DNA of 63,767 nucleotides, filler included, from Neolecta irregularis DAH-3 (GCA_001929475.1; 14 parts of 14 records of this genome joined end to end with filler, not necessarily neighbours in it), one strand, 5' to 3'; positions 50,687 through 63,717 are shown, counted from the whole stretch's first letter. Translations and numbers: made by a program. Notes: generated from the sequence alone by a model not told the origin.

Positions 50687-51031
50687 NNNNNNNNNNNNNN
50701 NNNNNNNNNNNNNNNNNNNNNNNNNNNNNNTTAATTAATTAANNNNNNNNNNNNNNNNNNNNNNNNNNNNNNNNNNNNNNNNNNNNATATTCTGTTCTAT
50801 TATGCCAGGTATTTTACTATACCCCATCTACATTCCCTACAAAGGTCTACTATATAAGGCTCTTTTCTCTTTGGTTTGGAATGGATCTTTTTCTGGAGTA
50901 AATGTATTATACATTTCAATATTTTTGCTTCCGTAATCGTTTAGTCAGATGATAAACTAAGTACCACTTGACCATTAAAACGCATAAACAACAAATTGTC
51001 TGGCTCCTCGGCGACTATTTAACAACTACGA

Positions 51032-53379
51032 ATGTATCAGGAAGTCTTACAAGTGGGCGAGTGTGATATAATCACCCCTACAAACCAAATATATTTCTAT
51101 ACCGCACTTGTCCCGGGCCTAACCCATTATGGTCAAAAGAAACAAGCAAAGCTCCAGCTCATTTTTACTTCCTCCCTCGCCAATTGTTCAACAACCGGGC
51201 ATTGCAGGTATATTCGTTCCTTCCTTTGAATCCTTTCATCGAAATGCCGCTCAACACTTCCGAAATATCGATACCGCCCCTTTTGAATCTAATACGGAGC
51301 CATATTGGCAGTGCAGATAAATTTGGACAGGCAGCATTAAAAGCAGTGGATCCACTTCTTTCGAAAGCACATGAACTCAGCCTTCAACTTCCCCTCGATC
51401 ACCCCCTCCATCGTCAGGTTTCCCTTCACAAAGGATGGGTTCATGAAATCCAAGGGATCGGTACAGAATCTGCCTGGGCAAAGAAGAAAATCTACGAAAC
51501 TGTTGCTGAACTGAACTCCTGGAGCAACGACTGGAGCTATGAAAACCTAAATATCGGAAAAACCATACATCGCATCATTTCAATAAGAAAGGACCTTGAA
51601 ATGTTCAATATCAATGGGCTAAAGGGCTATGTCCGTGGTAGGTTATATTTCAACTCGGCTCTATACTTATTGATAGCTGCACAGGCCGAAAGCAATCTGA
51701 CACCCCCAGCTCTTCTAATGACGTCGTTGCTGTTGTATATCCTTCCACCGTTGGCTCAGCTTAACCGTCTTCTCATTCTGTGGACTTCCCGTTGTGAAGT
51801 TAGCAAATTATACCCCATTTTTATGGACAGGCTTCAGTTCTGCGAAAGTGCGCCGGACGACATAAACGCTTTTTTCAATGCCGCTAAAGCAGCTGGTTGT
51901 TATTTGGATGATATGTTAGATTTAACGATGGAGGAACTTCCCAGCGAATGGCTCGATCGAATGGACCTTGTTGATGAAAAAGTGGACGCCGCTTTGAAAA
52001 CAATCGAAAATGAAGAGATCAAAATTTCCTCATCTAGTCCGATGTTCGACCTGCCATTTGAGGGTGACTCAATAGAAGTCAAACAAGAACAGAGCAATGT
52101 TACCGAAAAGTACAACCATGGCTTCAATTTGGGCTCTCCGGTTTCTATACCTCAAACCCCTCTCCCTCAATTAGGGAACAGCAGTCCTTGTACTTCTCCG
52201 CCATTGTCCTCACCAACAGCAAATCGTCGCCGAAGGCTTTATACCCCTGAATACGAGGGCCTTTCTGAAGACGATATCGACATCGCTGCCTCCAGAGAAA
52301 ACAAGGAGCCCGCCATGAAATCGGAGGAACTCCACTCCGACCTGAGAAGCAACAACATTTTACCTAGTCGCAACTTGTCCAAACACTATATTGGGCTCGC
52401 TTCGTACTCTGATATCACTGGCTCTAAACGTAAGCCCCGAAGGGATGCCACTGCTTCAACCTTTCAAAGCAATGGGGCGGATTCCATTTTTGATGAGAGT
52501 CGATCGTCGGACTCAGCGTCAGAACCCGAGGTTGAAGCAACCAAAAAAGTCGCAACTCCTATTACTCAAACCATTCCTAACCAAATTGAGTCAACTTCAA
52601 ATGGAACGCGACCCCGAAGAGTGACGAATCCAATTGGTTCCGCCACCGCACAAAGAGCTGCCGTGAGACTTGCGAACAAGAAATCGTCGCCTGCAATGTT
52701 TATTCCATCTCTAACGAGGACTAGAACACCAATCCAGAAAAGCGCCGCCTTTAAAGCATTGCAAAAGACGTCTCTGGATCGTAAAATTAGCAAAATTGTC
52801 GAGGAATTACCAGTCGCTATGAAGCTCACTCGAGAAGATCAGTCTCCTCCTGGGGACTTAGAAGACGGTATCTATCAATTACATCATAAAATCTTGGGAC
52901 CAACTTCTCTTTACTGCCGAGTTCTCAGTGATCGAGTCATGGTTAGAGTTGGAGGAGGATGGTCAGACCTAGAGAGCTATCTCCTCGATTTCGCAACTCA
53001 CCATTCACGAGCGAACATTGAATTCAATCACTCTGGAGCCGAAGCCACCCAATCTACTTCTCGAAATCAGACAAGTCGTCCGGGGAGTCGATTGACGAGA
53101 CCCGAATCCCGGTTTAGCGTTCGTTGTGCAACACCAGACACTTTTGATGGCAGGCCTGATACGCCCGTTACGCCGCATGCGCCTCTAGGATTGGCTGGAC
53201 CTCAAAGTAAGCTTTTTGACCAAACTAGTCCGGAGAAACTTGCTTGGGTTGAAGATGTTGCGACTAAATTGAGACAGAATAAGAAACTGATACCCAGCGC
53301 TGGGCCAACAAGGGTATACGCTAAGCAGCAGCAATCCTTAGCCGGGACCGGAAGAAATACGCCCAGTAGATATGTTTAA
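51032..53379 (+). CDS. GAS2/GAR-domain (microtubule-binding) protein; start uncertain, probable intron 51638-51676
   Basis: LYCRVLSDRVMVRVGGGWSDLESYL is the GAS2 signature; flanked by S/P/R-rich disordered regions. Confidence 0.8.
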
Positions 53380-53572
53380 GGACTTCGTTTCCTATTGACA
53401 ACCTATACGCGCTTCAGCCTTGCTTTCGTCTTGGTTTTCTCACGATGAGTGTAGCCTTTGATATAGTTCTCTCATAATCCTAAAACGGGGTGCAGTGTTG
53501 TATTATGCTATTAAATAACCCACTTTCCTTTTGTACTATGTATTCACTCATTTGATTCGATATCTATGTAGA

Positions 53573-55654
53573 CTATATATCCAGTATCCCTCTTTTCTCA
53601 ATACTTTCTTGCGACCATGCTTTGCGAACTTCAGAAAATTGGTTGTAATTGCCCGATGTAGTATCGGCTACAGCTGGCACTGGATGACCTCTTTTCAGGA
53701 AGTTTTGGGACGGAAGATTTGCTTCCACAAAAATCGAAGCATTTTGGGCAACGATGTTCTGGAACTTTGGATTGAATAGAGTTTTCTGGGGTTGAACATT
53801 GTCAACTTTGGTCATATTAAAATATGGGCGAGCTCTAAAACTTGAAGAGGATCGATTCAAAAGCGGGCTTGAGAAGGTATATCTGTTGAGTGGTTGCGAT
53901 AGACCTAGAGGTCGAGATGCTACCACTTTGTTATCTTTTAAGGCATCAGAAGTCGCGGGAGGTGATGTTTCTATAAGAAGTCGTTCTTTCTTCAATGATT
54001 TTGGTAAGTTCGTCAAGAGATTGGTTACCTTTGACAAATTGTTCCAGTTGTCGCACTTCAACGGGGCTTCAATGATGTCTTGGGAAAGGTTTTTGGGAAG
54101 GAAGGGTGACATTAGGACTTGGGTATCTGCAACCATGCAATCATGATTCGCAGCCGTCGAAATGGTGAAGTCTTTCGATTCTTCTCGCATGTCATCTGCT
54201 ACGTTATCATGTGTGATTACTGATTCTATAGGAATAAAGGAGACATAATCTACACTCAGCAATAATTGGTTCAGGAGTGTACTTGAAATTTGAACATCCA
54301 CCTGGGAAGGAGTCTTCTTTTCATGCCCCGTATAGCGCGTCTGAACGAATACATTTGCCCTTAAATAAGTCGTAGATGTGTTAACTGGAGAAAGCCTGTG
54401 AGAATTACTTAGATTCATTGCGCTGCTGTTGGAGAAAATATCTTGATCTGAAATGGCTTTTACACGCCTTCGTATGTTAATAGCCCTCTCAGAACGGCAA
54501 GAAGTCCGTGGATGGTCATTTTTATCAAGCTGTCTGGTTCCCAAACGTTCTATACTGAATGTTTCTGAAAAGGACATATCTCCAAAGTTCTCTGGGTCAA
54601 GTTTCCGTACTTTTCGTGGGATGATAGCAAGTGTTGGAGTGCATGTTTGGGAAGATAGGTCCACAGGCTTTTGGGAAATTTTCTTTGGACACGATAGAGT
54701 AGCTTCTCCAGATACATGGAATAAATCATGTGGTGATTCAAGTGATGTTTGTGTTGATTCCTCCATTATGAATGGTAGTGAAATAAGTTTTTCTGGTAAT
54801 TCCAGTGTCTTGATTGGGAGCTTGTTATTCTTCACAGTTGTCGCAGGAAGTTCCCATTTCTTGTTGTCTTGTATATTAGATATCTCAGCCCTTGCTTGAT
54901 TGGTTGATTGAAGAGGTGATGTGGTTGTTGGTGAATGCATAGAGAAAGCCTTATTTCATCAGCCCAACAGGCCACAGATAGATTATCACTGTGATTTCAG
55001 CTTCGTTGCCATCTTGAAAGCTTTTTAGCTTAGCTGCCAAGTTTTTCGTCCTCAGTTTTCCCCTTTTTGATGTTATTGTAGATAAATCGAGGGGTATCCC
55101 CAAGGCTGACGCAACTTGTGTTATCGTCACAAAGGATTTCAAAGTTCTTTTGCTACAGGCAGGAATTTCCTGAAGCTGATCAGTGCTCGGATCAATAATG
55201 AGATCCTGTTTAACTCGAGCGGGAGGTCGTTTCGACTGAAATAAACTATTTGGAAGAGATTTATACTCACACTTTGTTTCATTTTAGGACTGCGAGTAGG
55301 CAGACTTTCACCGGAACTTCTGTTTAAACTCCACGACGACCCATGTGAACATGAAGAGGCATCAATTATCAGACCTGGAAACATCTTGGGAGGGGTACTA
55401 TATGATAATTTTGAACGAGTGACTCGACATCGGAGAATATTGAGCCCTTTTTTCTTTCGGCTGCAAGTTTTCCGAAAGACATTTTGAAGAAAATCTTGAA
55501 CTGTGAAGGGAATAAAATGTCTTTCTGGTACAGAGTTCTTGTTTCCACATGATGTTTTGTCGTTTGTCATCTTTGAATTACTACTGGTCAAGACTGGAGC
55601 TTTGTCCTCGTCATGGAAGCCAAGATTGAGACCCAAATCGGCATCAGTGAGCAT
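53573..55654 (-). CDS. Hypothetical low-complexity protein (one spliced gene or several ORFs)
   Basis: 455-aa ORF 53573-54940 plus upstream same-strand ORFs; no recognisable domain. Confidence 0.45.
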
Positions 55655-55963
55655 TTCAGAATGTTTAGAGTAGGTGAATTGATATCGAAACTGCGCAAAT
55701 GCTCAAGATTATATATCTTGTGAAGCAAAGTGATCGACACCTCAGACATTTGAGAGATGATACTAAATTGAGACCATGCTTTCCGAGAGATACATCACTC
55801 TAATTACTGTGGAACTTTTGTATTATCTTCAGCTTTCTTGTTTATTTCGATGTTGTGGTATTANNNNNNNNNNNNNNNNNNNNNNNNNNNNNNNNNNNNN
55901 NNNNNNNTTAATTAATTAANNNNNNNNNNNNNNNNNNNNNNNNNNNNNNNNNNNNNNNNNNNN

Positions 55964-56072
55964 ACTCTGTCTACCTCGTCGCAAACATCGCACTGTATCC
56001 TTTGACCGTGCCTGCTGCACTCTGTCTACTTCGTCGCAAACATCGCACTCGTATCCTTTGACCGTGCCTCGC
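55964..56072 (+). repeat. About 55-bp tandem duplication
   Basis: ACTCTGTCTACYTCGTCGCAAACATCGCACT(C)GTATCCTTTGACCGTGCCT occurs twice. Confidence 0.8.
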
Positions 56073-57888
56073 CCAGCCTCCCCGGCCTCGCCCTGTGCAT
56101 CCTCGACCGCCTTGCTGAACTTCACCCCTGCAGCATCCTGCTCTTTGGCATCCCCCTAAATTACCCGCACAGGGTAAAGACTCAATCTTGCATGACGGCT
56201 AACCAGTAGGCATGTAGTTTTCCATAGATGCGGGATGAGGCGAGAGCGTGATGTTTGTGCAGAGGGCTCTAAGCCTCTACCTCTCTCCCTCCCTCTACAA
56301 CTCCATTCCACTCTGCTCACTCTGACCACTCCCACTGCAAAAGCACCTCGAGAATCTCATTCAGCATACCCAATTTGCATGGTGGACTGGCTACCTCGTG
56401 ATGTTTCTCGCTACTCCGTCACGACTCGCGGCCTGGGCATATTCTGGTTGCTGCCACAAACCCACAGGCTCCCAACTCGCCGTTCTCACCGCAATCACCC
56501 CCCTCTCCCCCCTCCCCTGCCACTTAAAGCATGTTCTCGCCACCACCCGCCCGCAGGAGAAGTCTGAACCGCCCACCGACGGGTCGGCGGATGGGTTTTT
56601 ATATCGCCCCAGCCCCTTCACCAAGAGATCCAAACCACCCACCTGGAGAGTGCTCTGGCAGGCTGTTAGGTTGTATGGCAGTTTGGCAGGTTTGATAAAA
56701 GGAAGATAGTGATAAAATGTAGAGTATGGAATCTTTCAAATTGTTTCACATCAAAGAAAAATTGCAATAGTCTGCAGAATGTGAAAATTCTACCAACCTA
56801 GCTCTCAATGGAACACTTCTCGCTCCAGTAGAGCAGCAGCCTTCATTTTCACCAACACCATCTTCATTGGCAATCTCATAATATTTTCCAGCTTCAATCA
56901 ACTCACTCGTAATCGTTTTGCTACACCTGGCCCCGAATACGAAGCATAAGAATTGGATAAACAGACGAGGCTTCTCACACCAGATATCGGGGACCTGGAA
57001 CACCAAGAGCGCGATGATACTTCTGAGCAAGAAGAATACACAAACCTCAACCATAGGATGACTTTAATGCGATAGCAGGAGACCTCCGTGTCATGTTCAC
57101 CTCGAATACCGATTCGACCTTCACTTCTCGGAGCACTTGCAGTAAAATTGACAATGTATCATGCAGTAAATGTTTTTAGTTTCGGTCCATTGTAAGCCGA
57201 CTGGCTCAAGAAAGTAGTGTGATGTTTTGCGACTGAAAAAGTCATGTTTTGATGATCTCTCTTCCTTTGAAGATCATCCAGCATCACTGAAGATCGACGA
57301 TGGCCCATATGTGGGGTTGGGACTGCGGTTAGGCTGATCTCGAGAAGGTTTTCAACCTCGTCAAAGAATTCTATCACCTACAAGATCATTTCAAGAAATA
57401 CTAGTGTTGACCGGGTTCCATCGAGACGGCCATCTTCAATCGCCTGTTTGTCACGATGGAAGAAATGCTTTACGAAAAGATTCTACTAAAGTTACACTTT
57501 GTCACTCCTCGGAATCACAAAGGTTTGAACGCCTTGCATCATGGGATTCAATGCCAAATATCACCGTTTCTCCAGCTTTGCCAGATACTATCACTGCCGT
57601 TCCGCCAACTAGACTCGAGCAAGTCATCTTTTCAAATGCTTATTTCTATTATCGCTGTGCGGGCGGTCCTCCTTCTAGTGGTCAGTTTCCTTGAGCTAGG
57701 CCTGCAGAATAGGGGGTTGTCAGTGTATTATTTTCGAATATCAACGTCATTAAAACAGTATAATTATTTCTCATCTTTGGTTAAAGATNNNNNNNNNNNN
57801 NNNNNNNNNNNNNNNNNNNNNNNNNNNNNNNNTTAATTAATTAANNNNNNNNNNNNNNNNNNNNNNNNNNNNNNNNNNNNNNNNNNNN

Positions 57889-57982
57889 GTTATAACCCGA
57901 TTTGTGTTTCACATCCGTTAACAGTTATAACCCGATTTGTGTTTCACATCCGTTGAACAGCTTAACCCGATTTGTGTTTCAA
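57889..57982 (+). repeat. About 36-bp tandem repeat, 2.5-3 copies
   Basis: TAACCCGATTTGTGTTTCA repeated three times upstream of YIP3. Confidence 0.85.
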
Positions 57983-58022
57983 CATTACGCGTCAATCCTC
58001 CACCATGGCTATTCAAGAGTAT

Positions 58023-58716
58023 ATGGCACTGGTAACTTCCAGACTCCCCGGGACCGCATCCCTTTCAAATTTCAAGGTATACCCTTCCCATCCCCTGCTG
58101 AAACAATAGACAGACAGGCTGAGGAGTCTTGGCGGTATCATCATCACCATCAAACCCTGACCATCAGAATTCTTCGACGTGAGAAGAGTTTCGAAACCAG
58201 CGAGTTTCAGCGACGCTCAAACGGTAGTCTTGTCTTGACAAGCGTTTACATCCAGAGAGTCGCTTATAATTTATCCCGATATAGCGCAAACTATGCAGTT
58301 CTTTTCTGTATGCTGTGCATTTACAGTTTATTAACCAATTGGCTATTACTCTTTGTCATTGTACGTCCTTGTGCTTAACGCGGCTTATTTAATCAGTTGT
58401 TCATTGGGGTAGGAATGTTCGTCATCAACCGTCTCAACGGAGAAAATTTACAACTGGGTCCAATTAGCATCACTGTACACCCCCCATCCTGTGCCATTTA
58501 ACCAGGAATAGTCTAGTCAGTTGTATACTGGATTGATCTGTGTGTCCGTCCCATTGGGTTTTCTAGGTACCTATTTTGTGAATTGCACTCAAGGTAGCTT
58601 CGCCGATTAGTACTGTTCTTTGGTTAATTGGAGCTTCTGGAGTTGTGATCCTGGGACATGCGTCGCTTCTGGAGCCTCCCGTTGAAAGTGCATTTGAAGG
58701 AGAGCAATCTGTCTAG
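58023..58716 (+). CDS. YIP3: Prenylated Rab acceptor PRA1/Yip3, six short introns
   Basis: Spliced: RLRSLGEFFDVRRVSKPASFSDAQTRVAYNLSRYSANYA...SLLTNWLLLF...SSQLYTGL..VSVPLGFLASPISTVLWLIGASGVVILGHASLLEPPVESAF. Confidence 0.92.
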
Positions 58717-58887
58717 CACATACTATATAGAAATTGAACTTGCTTACGTTCCTCCATTCAATGCAATATCTTACCGATATCATTCCAGATCAACAGACCC
58801 ACATCAAAGCATTCAAACACCAAGTTTAATTGAATATAGCAAGTAAGAGAAAGAAAACATTAAACATTTCACTGCTCTGCACCAAGT

Positions 58888-59472
58888 TCACTCAGGTTTA
58901 TGTCTTTTTGCTTCCGGATCTGTTTCCGACGCAATCTTTCTCTTTCGTCCGGTTACTTCTGAAGTCGCCACTTTTAGATCTCTGGGAACTGTTATAATAC
59001 TGACATCTGCAATCCTTCTGGTTAAGCCATTTTGAGAGCCTGTTTCTGAAGTCCCCAGAATACTTTTCATATTTTGAGAGTCAAAGAAAATTGGTTCGAG
59101 ATCTGCTTGACGAACTTTGTAAATCCATGAAAATACAAATGTCATCATCTCCTCTACGGCCTTTGGTAGAAGTGGGTTATTGAACCGTATATTCTCACCG
59201 TGCTGTTGGTCAATTGCAGTCGTAATGTGCCCGACCACTGCTGTTGCCAATTCTCGGCGAACCTGAGGCGGAGATAATTGATCGGAGGGGAAATTGATAA
59301 TCGAAATCCTCCTCTTCCTAACGCCATCTAGCAGCCGACGCTTCGTTGTCCCTGGGTCAAGCTCAAGTGTCTCATCTGACAGCTTTTGGTATATTTCCCA
59401 AGCCTCATCTACCCTCTTTTCTGCTTGGGTAGCATCACCATCAGTTATGTATGTGATCTCATCATGGGATGG
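58888..59472 (-). CDS. 3' part of a paralog of the 38036-39881 family, intact frame and no 24-bp repeat
   Basis: ITYITDGDATQAEKRVDEAW...VGHITTAID...FNNPLLPKAVEEMMTFVFSWIYKVRQADL. Confidence 0.7.
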   Translation of the reverse strand, partial: PSHDEITYITDGDATQAEKRVDEAWEIYQKLSDETLELDPGTTKRRLLDGVRKRRISIINFPSDQLSPPQVRRELATAVVGHITTAIDQQHGENIRFNNPLLPKAVEEMMTFVFSWIYKVRQADLEPIFFDSQNMKSILGTSETGSQNGLTRRIADVSIITVPRDLKVATSEVTGRKRKIASETDPEAKRHKPE

Positions 59473-59572
59473 NNNNNNNNNNNNNNNNNNNNNNNNNNNN
59501 NNNNNNNNNNNNNNNNTTAATTAATTAANNNNNNNNNNNNNNNNNNNNNNNNNNNNNNNNNNNNNNNNNNNN

Positions 59573-59812
59573 CCTAGCCAAGTCGCCAATACTTAGGCTA
59601 GGTATGTCCTGCGGAAGTCGCCAATACTTAGGCTAGAACAATATAACCTAGTCTTATTTGTATCTGGGCTTCAATACTTACAGATATGGACTATCTAGCT
59701 AAGATTCTCGTATCTTAAGCTAGGTATGACCGTATGTCTCCGTTGAAGGTTCTCGTATCTTAAGCTAGAAATATATCCTAGTCTTATTCGTACTGAGGTC
59801 TCACTCTTACAG
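59573..59812 (+). repeat. Higher-order diverged tandem repeat
   Basis: AGTCGCCAATACTTAGGCTAG x2 followed by CCTAGTCTTATT...CTTACAG, then TTCTCGTATCTTAAGCTAG x2 followed by the same tail. Confidence 0.65.
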
Positions 59813-60257
59813 TTTTAATTGAAACACTTTACCGCGACGACGAGGATTTTTGACCTGCCCGGGTTATGCAGCAATTAATTTTAATGGGAGCCCATTTTGC
59901 GATGGGAGTTTTTATACTAGGATGAGCATGAATATTGTTAGGATCGTGTGTTGGTAGTTTGCTTCACTGCTCAGCCATGGGTTTTAGGTTGCTTCAGAAT
60001 GGGTACTCGAGTACGAGTAACTACGATTAATTAATAAAGGTACAGCCTGCCCTTGTGGGCCTCGGCCGCCTGGATCCGTCGTACCGGACTCGTCTAACCG
60101 ACTATCGATGAGCGAGGTCTCATTCTCCGGGGTGGTGCTGAACTCGTATCGGGTGCGCTCTCTCAAAGTTAATATTTCTAAATACTAACTTTCAACATAT
60201 TAAAAATCCGTTACAGAAACACTGGAACATCTGATCTTCATAAAATACATCAAAGAA

Positions 60258-61431
60258 TTATTTCTGGTATGACACTGAGGTATCTGCAAACTTATTCGAT
60301 TGCAATCTCGTATTCAATGCTGAGAAGATTTCAGTTCTCTCATACTTTTTTCCATAAATGTGGGAGAGCACAGCTGTTACAAGGTCTCGACAGAATGTCA
60401 ACCCAGATGGGCTAGGAGATTCATAGCTTAGGAACCCCAATTCAGGTTCAATAATTAACAGGAGAACGTTGAACAACACCTGTATGGCTTGCGATTGCTC
60501 GTTGAGGCCAGTATTGTAGAGGCCGGTACAGTGTCTAAGGGACTTGGCATACTGGGTGGTCGTCTTCAGGTTCATTGCTTGTTGAAAGAGGTCCACAGCT
60601 GTTTTTTCGTTCATGTTATTATCATCGGTTCCGTCTTCCATCAAATATACCAAATATCTTGAATCTTCTTCGGACTTTGGCTGGTCTCTTACTGTCGCAT
60701 AAAGACGAGGCCCGAACGAAGCGACAAGTATGTGTATATCCTCGTTATCAATAAAAAGTACCTTTTTGATTGGATCGTAAATAGTTGTTGTGCCTTGTTG
60801 CATATGCGGACAAAAGATATCGAGAAAAGTCAACAAAATGGTGGCAAACGATTCTGAATGTTGAATTTCCGCTTTTTCTGAATATTCTTCCCAAGATTTG
60901 ACACCCTCCAATACTTTCTTGTCGGAAAATGCCTCAAGTTCAGTAATTGGTCTTCGAGACTTGGAAATATCCCCCACAGAACTCCATTGCTTGAAATCGA
61001 TTGCGATTGCTGGTTCACTATACATGGCGGTTTTGCAAGCTCTTATGATATGCAGGACAAATTCATGTATAGGGTCCCTTGCTAGGCAATACCCATTAAT
61101 AAGTCTGTTGGACCAATAGTTTTCTGGCATTTTATAATCATAAAAGAATCTCTCAATAATAGGTTCAACTGGCGCTGGTTCAAAAATCCTAGTGTATAAG
61201 AAATATTAGCGTTGGTCGCAAGCACTTACTCGAATATTACCGACGATCCAACAGTGTCGTCAAATTCAGGGATTAACTGTGATGCCGGAATCTCAAACAT
61301 CATGCACACCTGGTGATTTGGAGTCAACGTGGTTACTATGAACACTTTGCACAAATATTTGGCGTCAAGGCATGCTTTAGCACACTTGTTTATTCCTTCG
61401 AACTCCTGCATGTTTTTCGGAAGGTCAAAGT
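60258..61431 (-). CDS. Hypothetical protein, possibly a distant member of the 38036-39881 family; intron about 61189-61229, 5' end lost in the gap
   Basis: 290-aa ORF extended upstream via a GTAAGT...CTAAT...TAG intron; ILLTFLDIFCP...ILVASFGPRLYATV resembles LVLIFLKLYGP...VLVVSFDSGHYVTI. Confidence 0.5.
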
Positions 61432-61649
61432 NNNNNNNNNNNNNNNNNNNNNNNNNNNNNNNNNNNNNNNNNNNNTTAATTAATTAANNNNNNNNNNNNN
61501 NNNNNNNNNNNNNNNNNNNNNNNNNNNNNNNAATAAAGATAATACATTATATATTTCATAACATATTTTATTATATATTTCATAATATAATATAGGAAAT
61601 CAATTATATAGTATTAACATAGGATATCAATAGTATTATTATAGAATTT

Positions 61650-62522
61650 AACTCCTGCCTAGCCTGTCTCTCCTACCTTGCGATCCTTCTCCCCCACCTC
61701 TCCTGCCTGCTTTGCCCCCATCGCCTGCCTTGCCGCCTCGCCCCCTTTGCCCGCCTTGCCCGTCCGTCTCGCCTCGCTCTCCAAACAACCTCTCCCACCC
61801 ATCCTGCCCGCCTCGCCCGCCAACCTCTCCCGCCTTGCCTGCCTCTCCTGCCTTGCCCGCCTTTGCCCGTCCGTCTCGCCTGCCTCTCCCTCCTTTCTCT
61901 CCTTCCTCTCCTGCCTTTCTCTCCTGCCTCGCTCTCCCGCTAGTTCCACCTACCTCGCTCTCCCGCACATTCCACCCTCTTCACTCTCACACTCATTCCA
62001 CACATCCCGCTGCCAGCCTCGCCTGGCAACCTCTATCATCTCTCCCGCCTTGCCCACCTATTTCGCGCCAGGTGTATGTCTCTCCCACCTTGCACTCCTT
62101 CTCCCCTACCTTACCCACCTTGCCGCCTTGCCGCCTTGCCGCCTCGCCCACCTCACCTGCCTTGCCGCCTTGCCGTCTCACCTGCCTCTCCCACCCATCT
62201 CACCTGCGTCTCCTGCCTTTCTCTCCTACCTTTCTCTTCAGCCCGTTACACCCACCTCGCCCGCCTTGCCCACCAACCTCTCCCATCTCGCCCGCCTTGC
62301 CCACCCGTCTCGCACTCCTGGCGCGTCTCTACCACCTTGCACTCCTTCTCCCCTCGCCCACCTTGCCCGCCTTGCCCGCCTCTCCCACGAGTCTCGCCCG
62401 CCTCTCCCGCCTTGCGCTCCTTCTCCCCTTGCCCGCCTTGCTAGCCTCTCCCACCCATCTTGCCCGCCTTGTCAGCCTCTCCCGCCCCTCTCGCCCGCCT
62501 CTCCTGCCTTTCTCTACCGCCC
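61650..62522 (+). repeat. Pyrimidine-rich diverged satellite (CTTGCCCGC / CTCGCCCGC / CTCTCC units)
   Basis: About 870 bp almost devoid of A and GG on the plus strand, next to a very AT-rich block at 61532-61650. Confidence 0.85.
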
Positions 62523-62689
62523 ATTATGAGGTGGAAAACCTAAGTGATACTAAGATTAAAGGAATAAATGCTAGCTATGAAGAGAAAGCNNNNNNNNNNN
62601 NNNNNNNNNNNNNNNNNNNNNNNNNNNNNNNNNTTAATTAATTAANNNNNNNNNNNNNNNNNNNNNNNNNNNNNNNNNNNNNNNNNNNN

Positions 62690-63717
62690 AACTTGCAAAC
62701 ATACTTACCCCTAGCTGTACTAACAGAACTATTGGTCTACAACAACGGGCTAGCCATAAAGCCCCTTGATGAGGACAACTCTGCAAGTATATCTCGCCAA
62801 CTCTGCCCTTCTAACTTTAGATTGCGGGCTCAAAGAATGCCTCAATCTCATTCACAACGAAGACGATTTCCGGGATTTCGTTCTTGGCTTCGCCGCAAAA
62901 ATGCCAAAGGAAAAGCCTCGCGAGGAAATCGCATATGAAGCCAATGCTGCAAGTGTTCATTTTTTCTCCATCTAATTTAAGGCATTTCAACGCTCAGTCA
63001 ACCCATATTTCGGTGTCTCCCTTGATGTTGTGATTGCCCGCGATGGCGCCCCTATCCCCTCCATTCTCACAAAATGCGCCAATACTGTTGAACAGTACGG
63101 CATGAACATTGAAGGGATTTATCGCTTATCTAGATCCGCATCTAGCATGAACAAACTGAAGCAGGCTTTCGACTTGGGTATTTACCTAGATAACACAAAA
63201 TAACAACTATACAGATCCGCGCAATGTGATTCTTTCTTCTTACACTAGTGTTGAAGACGTCAACTGCGTAGCATCTCTCTTGAAACAGTTCTTCAGAGAA
63301 CTACCTGATCCTCTGTTAACAAAGACTTTGTATCGCGATTTCATCGACGCAGCCAGTACATCCCATCTCACCAATGACATCATCTAACAAATCTAGAACT
63401 GTCTGACGATATCCGAAGACGTGACTCAATCCATGTAAATCATCCCTTCCTTTCAGAACGCTACTAATTGCCAGAGTTTAATAAACCGATTGGACGATAA
63501 CAACTATACCACACTACGCGCTCTAGTCTTTCATTTAGACCGTATAGCGAAACACGAACAAACGAATCGTATGCCGATATCAAATCTGGCTATCGTGTGG
63601 GCGCCAAATTTGATGAATTCAGAGGACTTTTCAGCCGCGGTAGGTGATTCGGCATGGCAGAATAGAGTTATCGAAACTATTATTGTGAATTGTCGCGGTA
63701 TCTTTGACGAAGAGTAA
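62690..63717 (+). CDS. RGD1: RhoGAP of the Rgd1/Rga7 type (end of F-BAR region plus RhoGAP domain), 5' end lost in the gap
   Basis: PIFGVSLD...IPSILTKC...IEGIYRLS (Arg finger), DVNCVASLLKQFFRELPDPL, NYTTLRALVFHL, NRMPISNLAIVWAPNL. Confidence 0.8.

Noticed and set aside
56746-57788. Short ORFs on both strands
   Set aside because: No recognisable motif or consistent exon chain; possibly a decayed gene or TE but unsupported.
57889-57982. 36-bp periodic repeat resembling a CRISPR array (also 59573-59812)
   Set aside because: No unique spacers, no cas genes and an intron-rich eukaryotic context; these are tandem repeats.
61648-62641. Long Pro/Leu/Ser- and Gly/Arg-rich ORFs in several frames
   Set aside because: A-poor low-complexity DNA lacks stop codons by composition; no domain evidence.
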